Notes: a model not told the origin generated them from the letters alone. Counted from the stretch's first letter, positions 1-7,772 are shown. The stretch is 32,448 nucleotides of DNA from an uncultured Methanosarcinales archaeon (GCA_964582035.1 CAZOPZ010000004.1:1-32448), one strand, 5' to 3'. Numbers and translations are program-made.

Positions 1-64
1 TATATTCGCGCAAATCGGGAATCTGGACGGCGGTTGGAATTGCGATTGGTAACTTTATTCACAT

Positions 65-328
65 TTGACAAACATTCTTAGTCCAAAGGCCTCATTATTT
101 TTCGCAAGTATTTTCGCAACAGTAATGTCAGCTGGTGCTCCATTTTGGGTTGTTGTATTCCTATGGATTGCAATGCCACTTAATTCATTTATTATGGCTG
201 CAATTCTTTCGATGTTTTTCACTCAGAAAAAGATCAGAACTGCTTATGGAAAACACCAGCATATCGTAAACAAAGTTCTGGGAGTAGCATTGCTTGTACT
301 TGCAGTGATTATAGCGATTTACAAATAA
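65..328 (+). CDS. LysE/RhtB-family amino-acid exporter, C-terminal part. The gene runs off the 5' window edge and shows a frame break near 63-67.
   Basis: The ORF reads TNILSPKASLFFASIF (an NPK-type LysE motif) followed by hydrophobic helices. Bases 3-65 in a different frame read SGIWTAVGIAIGNFIHI, which continues the same family directly upstream. Confidence 0.5.
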   Translation: MTNILSPKASLFFASIFATVMSAGAPFWVVVFLWIAMPLNSFIMAAILSMFFTQKKIRTAYGKHQHIVNKVLGVALLVLAVIIAIYK

Positions 329-567
329 AGATTACTGGGATATTGTTTTCTGATTTGTAGAAGCGAAACGCCTCCCCCTCCGTTTTTAATAGGAAAACCC
401 CCACTTATAGTGTAACAGTTCTGTGTTTCATCCTTGCTGGTTTCGAGTAATAATTCAACTTAACTCCTATTAACCTCATTTTGCCTAGTTCTTGGAAAAA
501 TTGAGGGTATGAGGGCTGTAAACGAACCCATACCTACGAAAAGCGTTCTTCCTGAAAAGAAAGAAAA

Positions 568-771
568 TCAGGGCTTTTCACCCCAATAACTAATAATGCA
601 GTTGTTGTTTATCTGCATCATGTACTTTGCCCAGTATTCTGCAGCATACAGCCGCTTCTTCAAGGCTGGAGAGATGTTCGCATAGGCTGCGATAATCCGC
701 ATCTCCCGGCACAAGCTGTCCAGGATTTCCTGGTTGGTCTGCATGACCTGTTCGTATGGTTTTTCTTGCAT
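568..771 (-). CDS. Hypothetical small helical protein (67 aa)
   Basis: ATG start preceded by AAAGGTGATGAACC, which resembles a Shine-Dalgarno site. The composition looks helical. It overlaps an alternative-frame ORF (590..1045) that looks less protein-like. Confidence 0.3.
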   Translation of the reverse strand: MQEKPYEQVMQTNQEILDSLCREMRIIAAYANISPALKKRLYAAEYWAKYMMQINNNCIISYWGEKP

Positions 772-940
772 GGTTCATCACCTTTTTGGTTTTTTCTCTC
801 ATTTTGGCGCAGACGGGCTGAGGTGGGTTCTCGCTTCCCAGCGAAAGCAACCATCTGTCCCTCGAGTCCCCGTACGAAAACAAAAAAGGGAAGAGATGAA
901 CGTGCAGAAAACATCGATAGAATAGGGAAAATATGGCAAC

Positions 941-965
941 CACTGGACATGATGCTTGTCCAGTG
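941..965. repeat. Perfect inverted repeat CACTGGACA-N7-TGTCCAGTG; candidate recombinase core or operator site
   Basis: Read directly: cactggaca (941-949), tgatgct spacer (950-956), tgtccagtg (957-965). It lies about 120 nt upstream of the tyrosine recombinase ATG. Confidence 0.9.
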
Positions 966-1016
966 CTAGAGGACGTATATTCTGAATATCTTTGACTTTT
1001 AGCCTGTGAAAAGAGC

Positions 1017-1034
1017 CACTGGACACACTGGACA
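1017..1034 (+). repeat. Tandem direct copies of the same 9-mer CACTGGACA (x2)
   Basis: cactggaca occurs at 1017-1025 and again at 1026-1034, 50 nt upstream of ATG 1084. Confidence 0.9.
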
Positions 1035-1083
1035 GCTGCGGGCAAAGCTCATAAACAACATCTTTCATTGTAGCAGTAAGAAG

Positions 1084-1962
1084 ATGGACATTTCACATAT
1101 GATTGTAAAAGAGGGCTTGCGCAGAGGATTAAGCCCCCGGACGATAAAGACGTACTGCTCGTGTGTTGAGCGCTTTTTCCGGCGGACACACAAAGATCCG
1201 TATTCGATGAAAAAAGAAGATATCTTGGCATTTTTGGATGGCCTTATTGAAAAGAATGCTCCTGGCAATACAACAAATGTATATGTGCACGCACTGAAAT
1301 TCTTCTACGAGCGAGTCTTGCATCGTCGGCTTACTCTCAATATTCCTCTCCAGAAAAAGCCGCGGCGATTGCCGGAGTTTCTGAATAAGGAGGAAGTCGC
1401 TCACGTATTACGCACGATAGAGAATGCGAAGCACCGGCTCCTTGTTTCTTTGCTCTATGGTGCGGGCTTGCGGGTGAGTGAAGTTGTGCATCTGAGAATA
1501 AGGGACTTTGACTTTACCGGCAATTATGGTTGGGTACGTCAGGGAAAAGGAAGAAAAGACCGCTTGTTTATTCTTCCCCAAGCATTGAAAGAAGAGCTGC
1601 TTGCCCATATTGCCAAAGAAAGTCTTGCTCCCGACGACTGGCTTTTCCAAGGCTGGCATGGCCATTTTTCGACGCAAAGCGTTCGGCAGATCCTCAAAAA
1701 AGCGTGGCAGAAAGCCCAATTGCAGAAGAGAGTCCATCCGCACATGTTCCGGCATTCGTTCGCGACGCATCTCATTCAGAACGGCTATTCCGTGCTTGAA
1801 GTGCAGCCGTTGCTCGGGCATAGCAAGATAGAGACGACGATGATTTACCTGCATCTCGCAGCCCCACAATTGTTAAAAGTGCAGAGCCCGTATGATGCGT
1901 TAGCTCAAAAATCGCTTGCGGTGCCGGATGAAAATACAACGAGTAAAGTATCGGGACATTGA
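1084..1962 (+). CDS. xerA: Tyrosine recombinase, XerA/XerC/XerD-like
   Basis: Catalytic signature present: GAGLRVSEV (Arg), HMFRHSFATHL (H-x-x-R), LLGHSKIETTMIYLH (His/Tyr). There is an N-terminal SAM-like core-binding domain. The start was moved from the track's GTG 1006 to ATG 1084, giving 292 aa, the typical size. Confidence 0.9.
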   Translation: MDISHMIVKEGLRRGLSPRTIKTYCSCVERFFRRTHKDPYSMKKEDILAFLDGLIEKNAPGNTTNVYVHALKFFYERVLHRRLTLNIPLQKKPRRLPEFLNKEEVAHVLRTIENAKHRLLVSLLYGAGLRVSEVVHLRIRDFDFTGNYGWVRQGKGRKDRLFILPQALKEELLAHIAKESLAPDDWLFQGWHGHFSTQSVRQILKKAWQKAQLQKRVHPHMFRHSFATHLIQNGYSVLEVQPLLGHSKIETTMIYLHLAAPQLLKVQSPYDALAQKSLAVPDENTTSKVSGH

Positions 1963-3124
1963 ACAGGTTCCCCATCTTCAAGTACAGCAGCAGTTCAAGC
2001 AGGATTTTCAGGGTTCTGCTCCTACGCCATTTATCGGTCGGTTTGGCTATCCGAAAGTCAACATCGGCATTCTCAGCCCGCAGTTTCTGGGAGACGTCAG
2101 CAGCTACGATTCGCCGCGGCAGTGGAGCGCTCAGAATACGTCCATCGGTGATGTCGCCAGCCGGCGGTATAGCTTGGTCAATTCCCGGACCAGCTGGAAT
2201 GTTAAGCAGGTTCAGCAATCGCATCGTTTCCTCGATATTGTCAAAGAGGTCGGCATGGCGAAACGCAGTGTTGATGTGGAGGTCAGCCTGCAAAAGCAGC
2301 CCAAACTCAATGTAAAATCCGAACGAGAGATTATCCCCTTCGGGCCCGCTTCCGAGATAAAAAGCGCCCAGCTGACGGGAAATCCTGCTGTTGATTCCCG
2401 TGCTGAGCGGGTGGTTGCGGATACGGGCTTAAAAGCTGCTCCAGCGCTCCTGCAGCTCTATCGGAAAGGCTTTGAAGAAAATTTTCTGACAAAACTGATA
2501 TCGACAGCTAATGTGGGCTTGCAGCAGAGCCGCAAGCTCGTTCCGACGAGATGGAGCATCACTGCTGTCGACGATACTTTAGGAAAACAGCTCATTGTGG
2601 AAGTGAAAGATTTTCCTATTGGGGAATATCAAGCCTATTTCGGCGGCGGCTGGGGGAATTACTATTTGGTTTTATTCTTCCCGGCGGTCTGGAGCTATGA
2701 GCTTTTTGAGACATATCTCAATAAAGTGGCCAATCCTTGGTCAAAGAACGGCTATCAGTATTCGACGGATTTTGAAGGGTTTGAAGGCCGGAAAACGTAT
2801 GCGGAAGAATGTGCTGGTGGTTATTATGCCGCCCGGCTTCCCGTCTTGGAAAAGATGAAAGAGCTCAAGCGGCAGCAGGCCTGTTTAGCATTGCGCTTTA
2901 TAACGCCAGAGTACAACGTGCCGCTAGGCGTCTGGGTGTGCCGGGAAGCGGCGCGGAAGAGCCTAGCTGGGCAGGCATTATGTTTTTCATCGGAAGAATT
3001 ACTGCTGGCCTATGCCCGCGCCTTGGCAAAGAAGAAATTTTCTTTTGATCTGAATCTGCTCTTATCGACGAGCAAATTGCTCAAAGAGAAGAAAGAACAG
3101 AAACGGTTAGGGGAGTTTGGCTAA
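1928..3124 (+). CDS. nreA: Archaeal NreA-type (DUF650/DUF651) DNA-repair protein with a C-terminal PIP box
   Basis: GSAPTPFIGRFGYPKVNIG and the overall layout are typical of the Nre family. The C-terminus QKRLGEFG fits the PCNA-interacting motif Q-x-x-L-x-x-F. The gene overlaps the xerA 3' end by 35 nt. Confidence 0.75.
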   Translation: MKIQRVKYRDIEQVPHLQVQQQFKQDFQGSAPTPFIGRFGYPKVNIGILSPQFLGDVSSYDSPRQWSAQNTSIGDVASRRYSLVNSRTSWNVKQVQQSHRFLDIVKEVGMAKRSVDVEVSLQKQPKLNVKSEREIIPFGPASEIKSAQLTGNPAVDSRAERVVADTGLKAAPALLQLYRKGFEENFLTKLISTANVGLQQSRKLVPTRWSITAVDDTLGKQLIVEVKDFPIGEYQAYFGGGWGNYYLVLFFPAVWSYELFETYLNKVANPWSKNGYQYSTDFEGFEGRKTYAEECAGGYYAARLPVLEKMKELKRQQACLALRFITPEYNVPLGVWVCREAARKSLAGQALCFSSEELLLAYARALAKKKFSFDLNLLLSTSKLLKEKKEQKRLGEFG

Positions 3125-3804
3125 CTTTCCTCTTTCGGCTCTTCAGGTTTTTCATACGGCTCTCTCTGGGGCTGTGCCAGCTGAAACGCTTCTTCATTCA
3201 GCACGCCCAGATGCCGCAAGCCCCGGTAATGGCCATTGTAATCTAAGCCGTAGCCGACGACAAATTCGTCGGGGATGAGAAAGCCGAGATAGAGGGGATG
3301 AGCAGCAAGCTGTTCTTGCAAGCCGGGCTGGTGCCGTTCCGGCTTGGCCAGCAGTGCGGCAATGCTGGTGCTCTTTGCGCCATGCGCTGCCAGTTTTTCC
3401 AGGGTGGCCAGCATCGTTGTTCCCGTATCGATGATATCTTCGACGATGAGAACATCCCGGCCCCGGGCTTTTGAAAAATCAAAACCGGAGAAAGTGACCT
3501 TGCCGGTCGAGGCATCTCCTGCATAACTTTTGGCTTTCAGGGTTTCCACTTCAAAGCGGACTTTCATCGGCTCGCTGTACAGCAATTCCACAAAGAAGCG
3601 CATCGCGCCGTCCAGCATGCAGAGCGCAATGATGTCTTTTCCATTATAATCCGCCGAGATCTCTTCTGCCAGCCGGGCAACGCGTGACGTCATTTGGCCT
3701 TCCGGGAGAAGAATGCCGGATAAATGGCTGCGATACGCCTCATCTACCGCAAACTGGTCGACAGAGTAAGGAATTTTTCTTTGCAGGCCGATAGGCGATG
3801 ACAT
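3121..3804 (-). CDS. hpt: Hypoxanthine/guanine phosphoribosyltransferase
   Basis: PRPP-binding loop VLIVEDIIDTGTT and the flanking HPRT-like sequence. The start was trimmed to ATG 3804, which lies 25 nt downstream of a minus-strand ATTTATAAAA box. Confidence 0.9.
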   Translation of the reverse strand: MSSPIGLQRKIPYSVDQFAVDEAYRSHLSGILLPEGQMTSRVARLAEEISADYNGKDIIALCMLDGAMRFFVELLYSEPMKVRFEVETLKAKSYAGDASTGKVTFSGFDFSKARGRDVLIVEDIIDTGTTMLATLEKLAAHGAKSTSIAALLAKPERHQPGLQEQLAAHPLYLGFLIPDEFVVGYGLDYNGHYRGLRHLGVLNEEAFQLAQPQREPYEKPEEPKEES

Positions 3805-3824
3805 GAAAAATGGAGAAAGTTTGC

Positions 3825-3834
3825 TTTTATAAAT
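3825..3834 (-). promoter_or_regulatory. TATA box for hpt
   Basis: The minus strand reads ATTTATAAAA, centred about 25 nt upstream of ATG 3804. Confidence 0.6.
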
Positions 3835-4125
3835 GGTTTTTGGTTTTTGGGCATTATTGAAAAGTTCCTGCTTTGCAGGGGTGCTGCCGAACTCCGCATT
3901 CGCTATTCCGTCTGAGGAGCGCCGTTCCCCGTAGAGGGCGTCCCCCTTGGCGCTTTTCTGGGAGAAGCAATGGTGCTCCGTAAATGGCAGCACCCCACTT
4001 TTCAATAACGCTGGTTGTCGCGGACATGCTTCTGTTTTGGCTTTTTTCTGGTAAAAGTTTTTATATGCTCTTTCCTTTCTTTCCTTGAATCAGAAAAGCA
4101 GCCAAAGAGAGGTCCAGCGCAGAAC

Positions 4126-5262
4126 ATGGCAAGCCGCATCGATGCTGATAACCAACGCTACAAAAAGAAAGTCAAGCAATTGCTCCACAAGAAGCTGGGG
4201 AAGTACATTGGCTCAGAGAAGATGCGGGTTTCTCAGAACGGGAAGCGTGTTTCTATAAATATACCCATCATCCCTATACCCCATTTTGAGTATGACCGCG
4301 GCAGCGTCGGCGGCGTGAGTGCTGGCGACGGAGAAGAAGGCGATCTGCTTTTTGGCGATCAGCCCGGGGATGGCAGTGGTGCCGGCGACAGTGGTTTTGA
4401 GGAAGGTGACCGTGTCGATTTTTCCTGTGAAGAGTTGACGGATTTGCTTATTGAAGACTTACGGCTGCCGAAGCTGAAGCCGACGGATTCCGGCGATATT
4501 ACGGAGAAAAGAGTCCGGTATGATTCCATCTCGCGGACTGGGCCGCAATCTTTACGCCATCCTCGCCGAACCTTAAAGCAAGCGCTCAAGCGGTCCATCG
4601 CCACCGGCACGTACCAGCCCGGCGATCCCTTCATGCCCTCTCGGGAAGACTTTCGATATCGCGCCCCGGCCATCGAAGATATTCCTCTGGCGAGTGCGCT
4701 CATCATTGATCTGATGGATGTTTCTGGCTCGATGGATGATGAGAAGAAAACCATTGTCAAGACAGAAGTATTCTGGCGCGACCGCATTCTGGAACGCTTA
4801 TATCAGCAGGCTTTGGGGCAGAACTATCAGGGGATTAAACGCCGGTATGTGGTGCATACTGCGGATGCCAAAGAAGTTTCCGAATACGATTTTTTTCACT
4901 TGCAGATCAGTGGCGGCACGAAGATTTCTGCGGGCTATGAGAAAGTCAATAGTATTATTGACGAAGAGAAAAAAGCGGGCATGCAGAACATCTATGTGTT
5001 TCATTATACGGACGGGGAGAATTTCGACTCTGACCAGATGGCGAGCATCAAAGCGCTGCAGGAGATCATTGCCGAGACGAATCTCGTCGGTTATACCCAG
5101 ATTGGCAGTGATCACCAGTTTCTGAATGTGCTGCGTTTCAATTTCCGGGAAGCTTTTGATTGCGGGGACTTAGTGGCTTCCCTTATTCAGCCGGACAAGG
5201 ATCCCGCGATTGGTGAGCAGATCCTGAATTCTATTAAGGAGAAACTGCAGCAGGGGAGATGA
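4126..5262 (+). CDS. DUF444 (YeaH/YhbH-like) protein with a vWA/MIDAS domain
   Basis: N-terminus RIDADNQRYKKKVKQLL and MIDAS-like DLMDVSGSMDD are typical of the YeaH/YhbH family. The start was moved to ATG 4126. A TATA-like GTTTTTATATG lies at 4057-4067, followed by a GAGAGG Shine-Dalgarno-like leader. Confidence 0.7.
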   Translation: MASRIDADNQRYKKKVKQLLHKKLGKYIGSEKMRVSQNGKRVSINIPIIPIPHFEYDRGSVGGVSAGDGEEGDLLFGDQPGDGSGAGDSGFEEGDRVDFSCEELTDLLIEDLRLPKLKPTDSGDITEKRVRYDSISRTGPQSLRHPRRTLKQALKRSIATGTYQPGDPFMPSREDFRYRAPAIEDIPLASALIIDLMDVSGSMDDEKKTIVKTEVFWRDRILERLYQQALGQNYQGIKRRYVVHTADAKEVSEYDFFHLQISGGTKISAGYEKVNSIIDEEKKAGMQNIYVFHYTDGENFDSDQMASIKALQEIIAETNLVGYTQIGSDHQFLNVLRFNFREAFDCGDLVASLIQPDKDPAIGEQILNSIKEKLQQGR

Positions 5263-5303
5263 GGGATTCTTGAACCTGAGAAAAGCTGCGCCGGCCGGGA
5301 TTT

Positions 5304-5495
5304 TCAATTGCCTTTTTTCTTTCTCGTGGGTGAGGCTGAGCGGAGCGAATGCCGCACGTTTTTCCCCAGGCTTTTTACGAAGTAAAAAGGCTGCTTTCGA
5401 ACCCGGATGGCCGGCTCCCTTCGTCGAAGGGTTCCAGAAGAGGAACTCTTCTCGTATGGAAGGCCGGTATACTGGCCATTATACGACCGGCGCAT
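5304..5495 (-). CDS. Possible very basic small protein (63 aa); alternatively a structured ncRNA locus
   Basis: ATG 5495 lies about 25 nt downstream of a minus-strand TTTTATAAAC box (5517-5527). The product is Arg/Lys-rich. The stretch contains three perfect hairpins with 3-nt loops, which is unusual for coding sequence. Confidence 0.3.
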   Translation of the reverse strand: MRRSYNGQYTGLPYEKSSSSGTLRRREPAIRVRKQPFYFVKSLGKNVRHSLRSASPTRKKKGN

Positions 5496-5585
5496 GGCTT
5501 TCAAAGAAGGCGTATTGTTTATAAAATTATCTTCGTTTTATTGTCTATCAAAATTTGGTTTTGGAAGTTGGTTAAAGCCGAACTT

Positions 5586-5605
5586 CTTTTAATGGTGTTA
5601 TGTTT
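5586..5605. repeat. Left arm of the inverted repeat bracketing the small-gene cassette
   Basis: CTTTTAATGGTGTTATGTTT matches the reverse complement of 5942-5962 (CTTTTAATCGGTGTTATGTTT): all 20 bases match, with one 1-nt indel. Confidence 0.85.
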
Positions 5606-5656
5606 CCTTCGTAAGAGGGGCTGAGTCGAAGACGAGAATTTTTGTTGTCTAAACTA

Positions 5657-5893
5657 TTATTTTTTCCAATATTCTCTTATTTTTTTAACTAAAGAATTGT
5701 CTACATTATAGCCCGGACATAATGCGGCAAGATGAGGGTGGTATTCAGCGAATTCACAAGATGCCGGATGGCCAGGGTCTGGGTTATCGAATGTGCTCGC
5801 CACACAAAGCTTTTCAGTAATATCGCAAGTGTAATGATCTCCTTGATTAGCGTGACCGGTTTCAACAAGATGAGAACATTTTTTCCCTGCCAT
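5657..5893 (-). CDS. Small Cys/His-rich protein (78 aa), function unknown
   Basis: ATG lies about 27 nt downstream of a minus-strand TTTATATA box. The product has 5 Cys and 7 His. The gene is AT-rich relative to its flanks. Confidence 0.55.
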   Translation of the reverse strand: MAGKKCSHLVETGHANQGDHYTCDITEKLCVASTFDNPDPGHPASCEFAEYHPHLAALCPGYNVDNSLVKKIREYWKK

Positions 5894-5941
5894 TTCAATG
5901 TTGAGGGGGTTATTTGTATATAAATTTTAGCCAACAAAATT

Positions 5942-5962
5942 AAACATAACACCGATTAAAAG
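5942..5962. repeat. Right arm of the inverted repeat bracketing the small-gene cassette
   Basis: AAACATAACACCGATTAAAAG is the reverse complement of the left arm, with a 1-nt indel. Confidence 0.85.
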
Positions 5963-5983
5963 ATTACGAATGTGAACACCTTT

Positions 5984-7147
5984 TCAATGCACCCTTCGCT
6001 TCCGTCGTAATCGTTTAACAACTTTCATTACTCTCCCCTGCGCCCCAAACCGGCTTTCCCAGAGCAGGCGCCGTATAATGGCCTCTTTGGCCAGAAATCC
6101 TTTTATCTGTTTTCCTCTCTTTATCGGCAGGACGTCCAGGCGGAGCTGCTGCATCTGTTGCAGAGCCTGGTATGCATTGTCGTTTTCCGCAAAGCTGCGC
6201 ATATGGTGCAGGGGCCTGGCCAGGTCTTTTACTGATAGTTTTTCCTGCTCTTCTTGGCTTATACGGAGGTCGTGGACATCCAGAAGGCCCACAAAGCTTT
6301 TTCCCCGAATGAGAAAAACATCCTCGTTCAATGGTGCGTACCGTCGGGCGAATTGAGAGAATTTCAAATCTGCGGGGGCAGTCGGAAGATTTTTCTTTGG
6401 CAAAGAGCTCAGGGGTATCTTGCTTAAGATCTGCTTGACAATAACCTGCTCATAGCTCATGCCCGCCAGGAAATACAGGAATCCGCCGAGCAAAATAAAC
6501 CATAAGCCGCCGGGAACGAGCAGGACAATGCCAAAGAAGTTCATGATTCCTTCGATAACCAAATAGCCAGCAAAAACTCTGCCAGCAGTGGCAGCGATGC
6601 GCGTGGCTTTTCTCAGGTCTTTGTAGTGTGCATGCAGCAAGGCGCGGAAGGCCCTTCCCCCATCCAAGGGAAATGCGGGCACTACGTTGAAAAGCGCCAG
6701 GACCAGGTTAATGAACGCGAGATAATAGACGATAGGATGCCACAGGCCATCGACGGTGAGCTTAAAGATGGCATAAAATACTCCTGCTAATCCTAAAGAG
6801 AACAGTGGCCCGGCGATAGCCATCAGAAACTCTGATTTTGGCTCCATATCTTCACGGGTAATGCCAGCTACGCCCCCGAAGAAGAAGAGGGTAATGCTTT
6901 CGACTTTGATTTTTCTGGTTTTGGCGACGAGGGAATGGCTGAGCTCGTGCAGCAGGACGGAGGTAAAGAGCAGGAGGGCTGCCACAATGCCCATGAACCA
7001 GTACTGCTGGCTGGAAAAGCCTGGGAATTGCTGCGGGAAAAAGCCTTCCCGAAGGCCCCAGGCCAGGAGAACGAAAATGAACCACCACGTAAAATGGATT
7101 TTTACATCGATGCCAAAGATGCGGAACAACCGCAAGCCACCGTCCAT
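5984..7147 (-). CDS. M50 site-2 protease (RseP/SpoIVFB-like) with a C-terminal CBS pair
   Basis: HELSHSLVA (HExxH), NVVPAFPLDGGR (NxxPxxxLDG), multiple transmembrane helices and a CBS-like C-terminus. The start was trimmed to ATG 7147 (MDGGLRLFRIFGIDV). Confidence 0.85.
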   Translation of the reverse strand: MDGGLRLFRIFGIDVKIHFTWWFIFVLLAWGLREGFFPQQFPGFSSQQYWFMGIVAALLLFTSVLLHELSHSLVAKTRKIKVESITLFFFGGVAGITREDMEPKSEFLMAIAGPLFSLGLAGVFYAIFKLTVDGLWHPIVYYLAFINLVLALFNVVPAFPLDGGRAFRALLHAHYKDLRKATRIAATAGRVFAGYLVIEGIMNFFGIVLLVPGGLWFILLGGFLYFLAGMSYEQVIVKQILSKIPLSSLPKKNLPTAPADLKFSQFARRYAPLNEDVFLIRGKSFVGLLDVHDLRISQEEQEKLSVKDLARPLHHMRSFAENDNAYQALQQMQQLRLDVLPIKRGKQIKGFLAKEAIIRRLLWESRFGAQGRVMKVVKRLRRKRRVH

Positions 7148-7236
7148 GACGTAAGGAGAGAGCTTTAAACTATAAAATAGTTTGTTTTCATTCCTGAATC
7201 GCAAAAATTATAAAGGACGGTAGTAAAAATGAGTTT

Positions 7237-7377
7237 ATGGTGTATTACGACTGTAAATCCTGCTACGAAACGAAGTCTCAGACAACGTACATGAAAGATG
7301 ATATCCCGGGAAGGCCGCCCGGCTGCTGCTTAAAAGGGTGCTGCGCCTTTGGCAGGAAGTTTCGGGGGATGGAGTAA
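7237..7377 (+). CDS. Possible 46-aa Cys-rich mini-protein, below the ORF-track length cut-off
   Basis: Own translation: MVYYDCKSCYETKSQTTYMKDDIPGRPPGCCLKGCCAFGRKFRGME. ATG lies about 25 nt downstream of AAAATTATAAAGG (7204-7216). Confidence 0.35.
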   Translation: MVYYDCKSCYETKSQTTYMKDDIPGRPPGCCLKGCCAFGRKFRGME

Positions 7378-7490
7378 ATTTCTTTAGAAAAATCCGTAAA
7401 GCATCCAAAAACTTAAATACTTTTTAAGCATTCATTCTTTTAGGATTTTTCGTAACTACGATTCATAACCAAAAACGAGGTGAGATTAGC

Positions 7491-7700
7491 ATGGCAAAAA
7501 AGATGGCGAGAAAGGCTGCCTGTTCTCCGGGAATGACCAAGACGACCGAAGACAGCATCCGGGACATTATTAACTGGATTCATGTGATGAAAGAGGAAGA
7601 AGTTCAGGACGTTACGACCAGAATTGAGCCCAAAACAGCCAAAGAGCTGGTGAAGAGGCTGGAAGGGCTGGCCCGGCGCGTGGGCGGTATTTGTGAGTGA
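7491..7700 (+). CDS. Hypothetical protein (69 aa)
   Basis: A strong GAGGTGA Shine-Dalgarno site sits 7 nt upstream of the ATG. No family was recognised. Confidence 0.5.
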   Translation: MAKKMARKAACSPGMTKTTEDSIRDIINWIHVMKEEEVQDVTTRIEPKTAKELVKRLEGLARRVGGICE

Positions 7701-7772
7701 ATGGATTTAAAATACCATCAATTGTAAGCGGCGTGAGGATGTTAGCGCACTTCTTCGAGTAAGAACTCCCCC

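Noticed and set aside
590-1045. 151-aa ORF on the minus strand, plus several overlapping ORFs at 660-1068
   Set aside because: There are several mutually overlapping frames with Cys/Ser/Arg-rich products and no family resemblance. The stretch spans the CACTGGACA repeat region. It is treated as non-coding apart from the weak 568..771 candidate.
1006-1083. Longer GTG start for the recombinase
   Set aside because: It would translate the tandem 9-mer repeats. ATG 1084 gives the normal Xer length and N-terminus.
3805-4125. Long N-terminal extensions of hpt (to 4005) and of DUF444 (from 4015)
   Set aside because: Each extension runs through the other gene's promoter region. They have no homology-like sequence, and internal ATGs sit at proper distances from TATA or Shine-Dalgarno elements.
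5263-5660. RNase P RNA, or a decayed SpoVR gene, downstream of DUF444
   Set aside because: There is no CR-I or CR-V consensus on either strand. The region is far too short for SpoVR and shows no recognisable SpoVR-like translation. It is left as an unassigned structured region.
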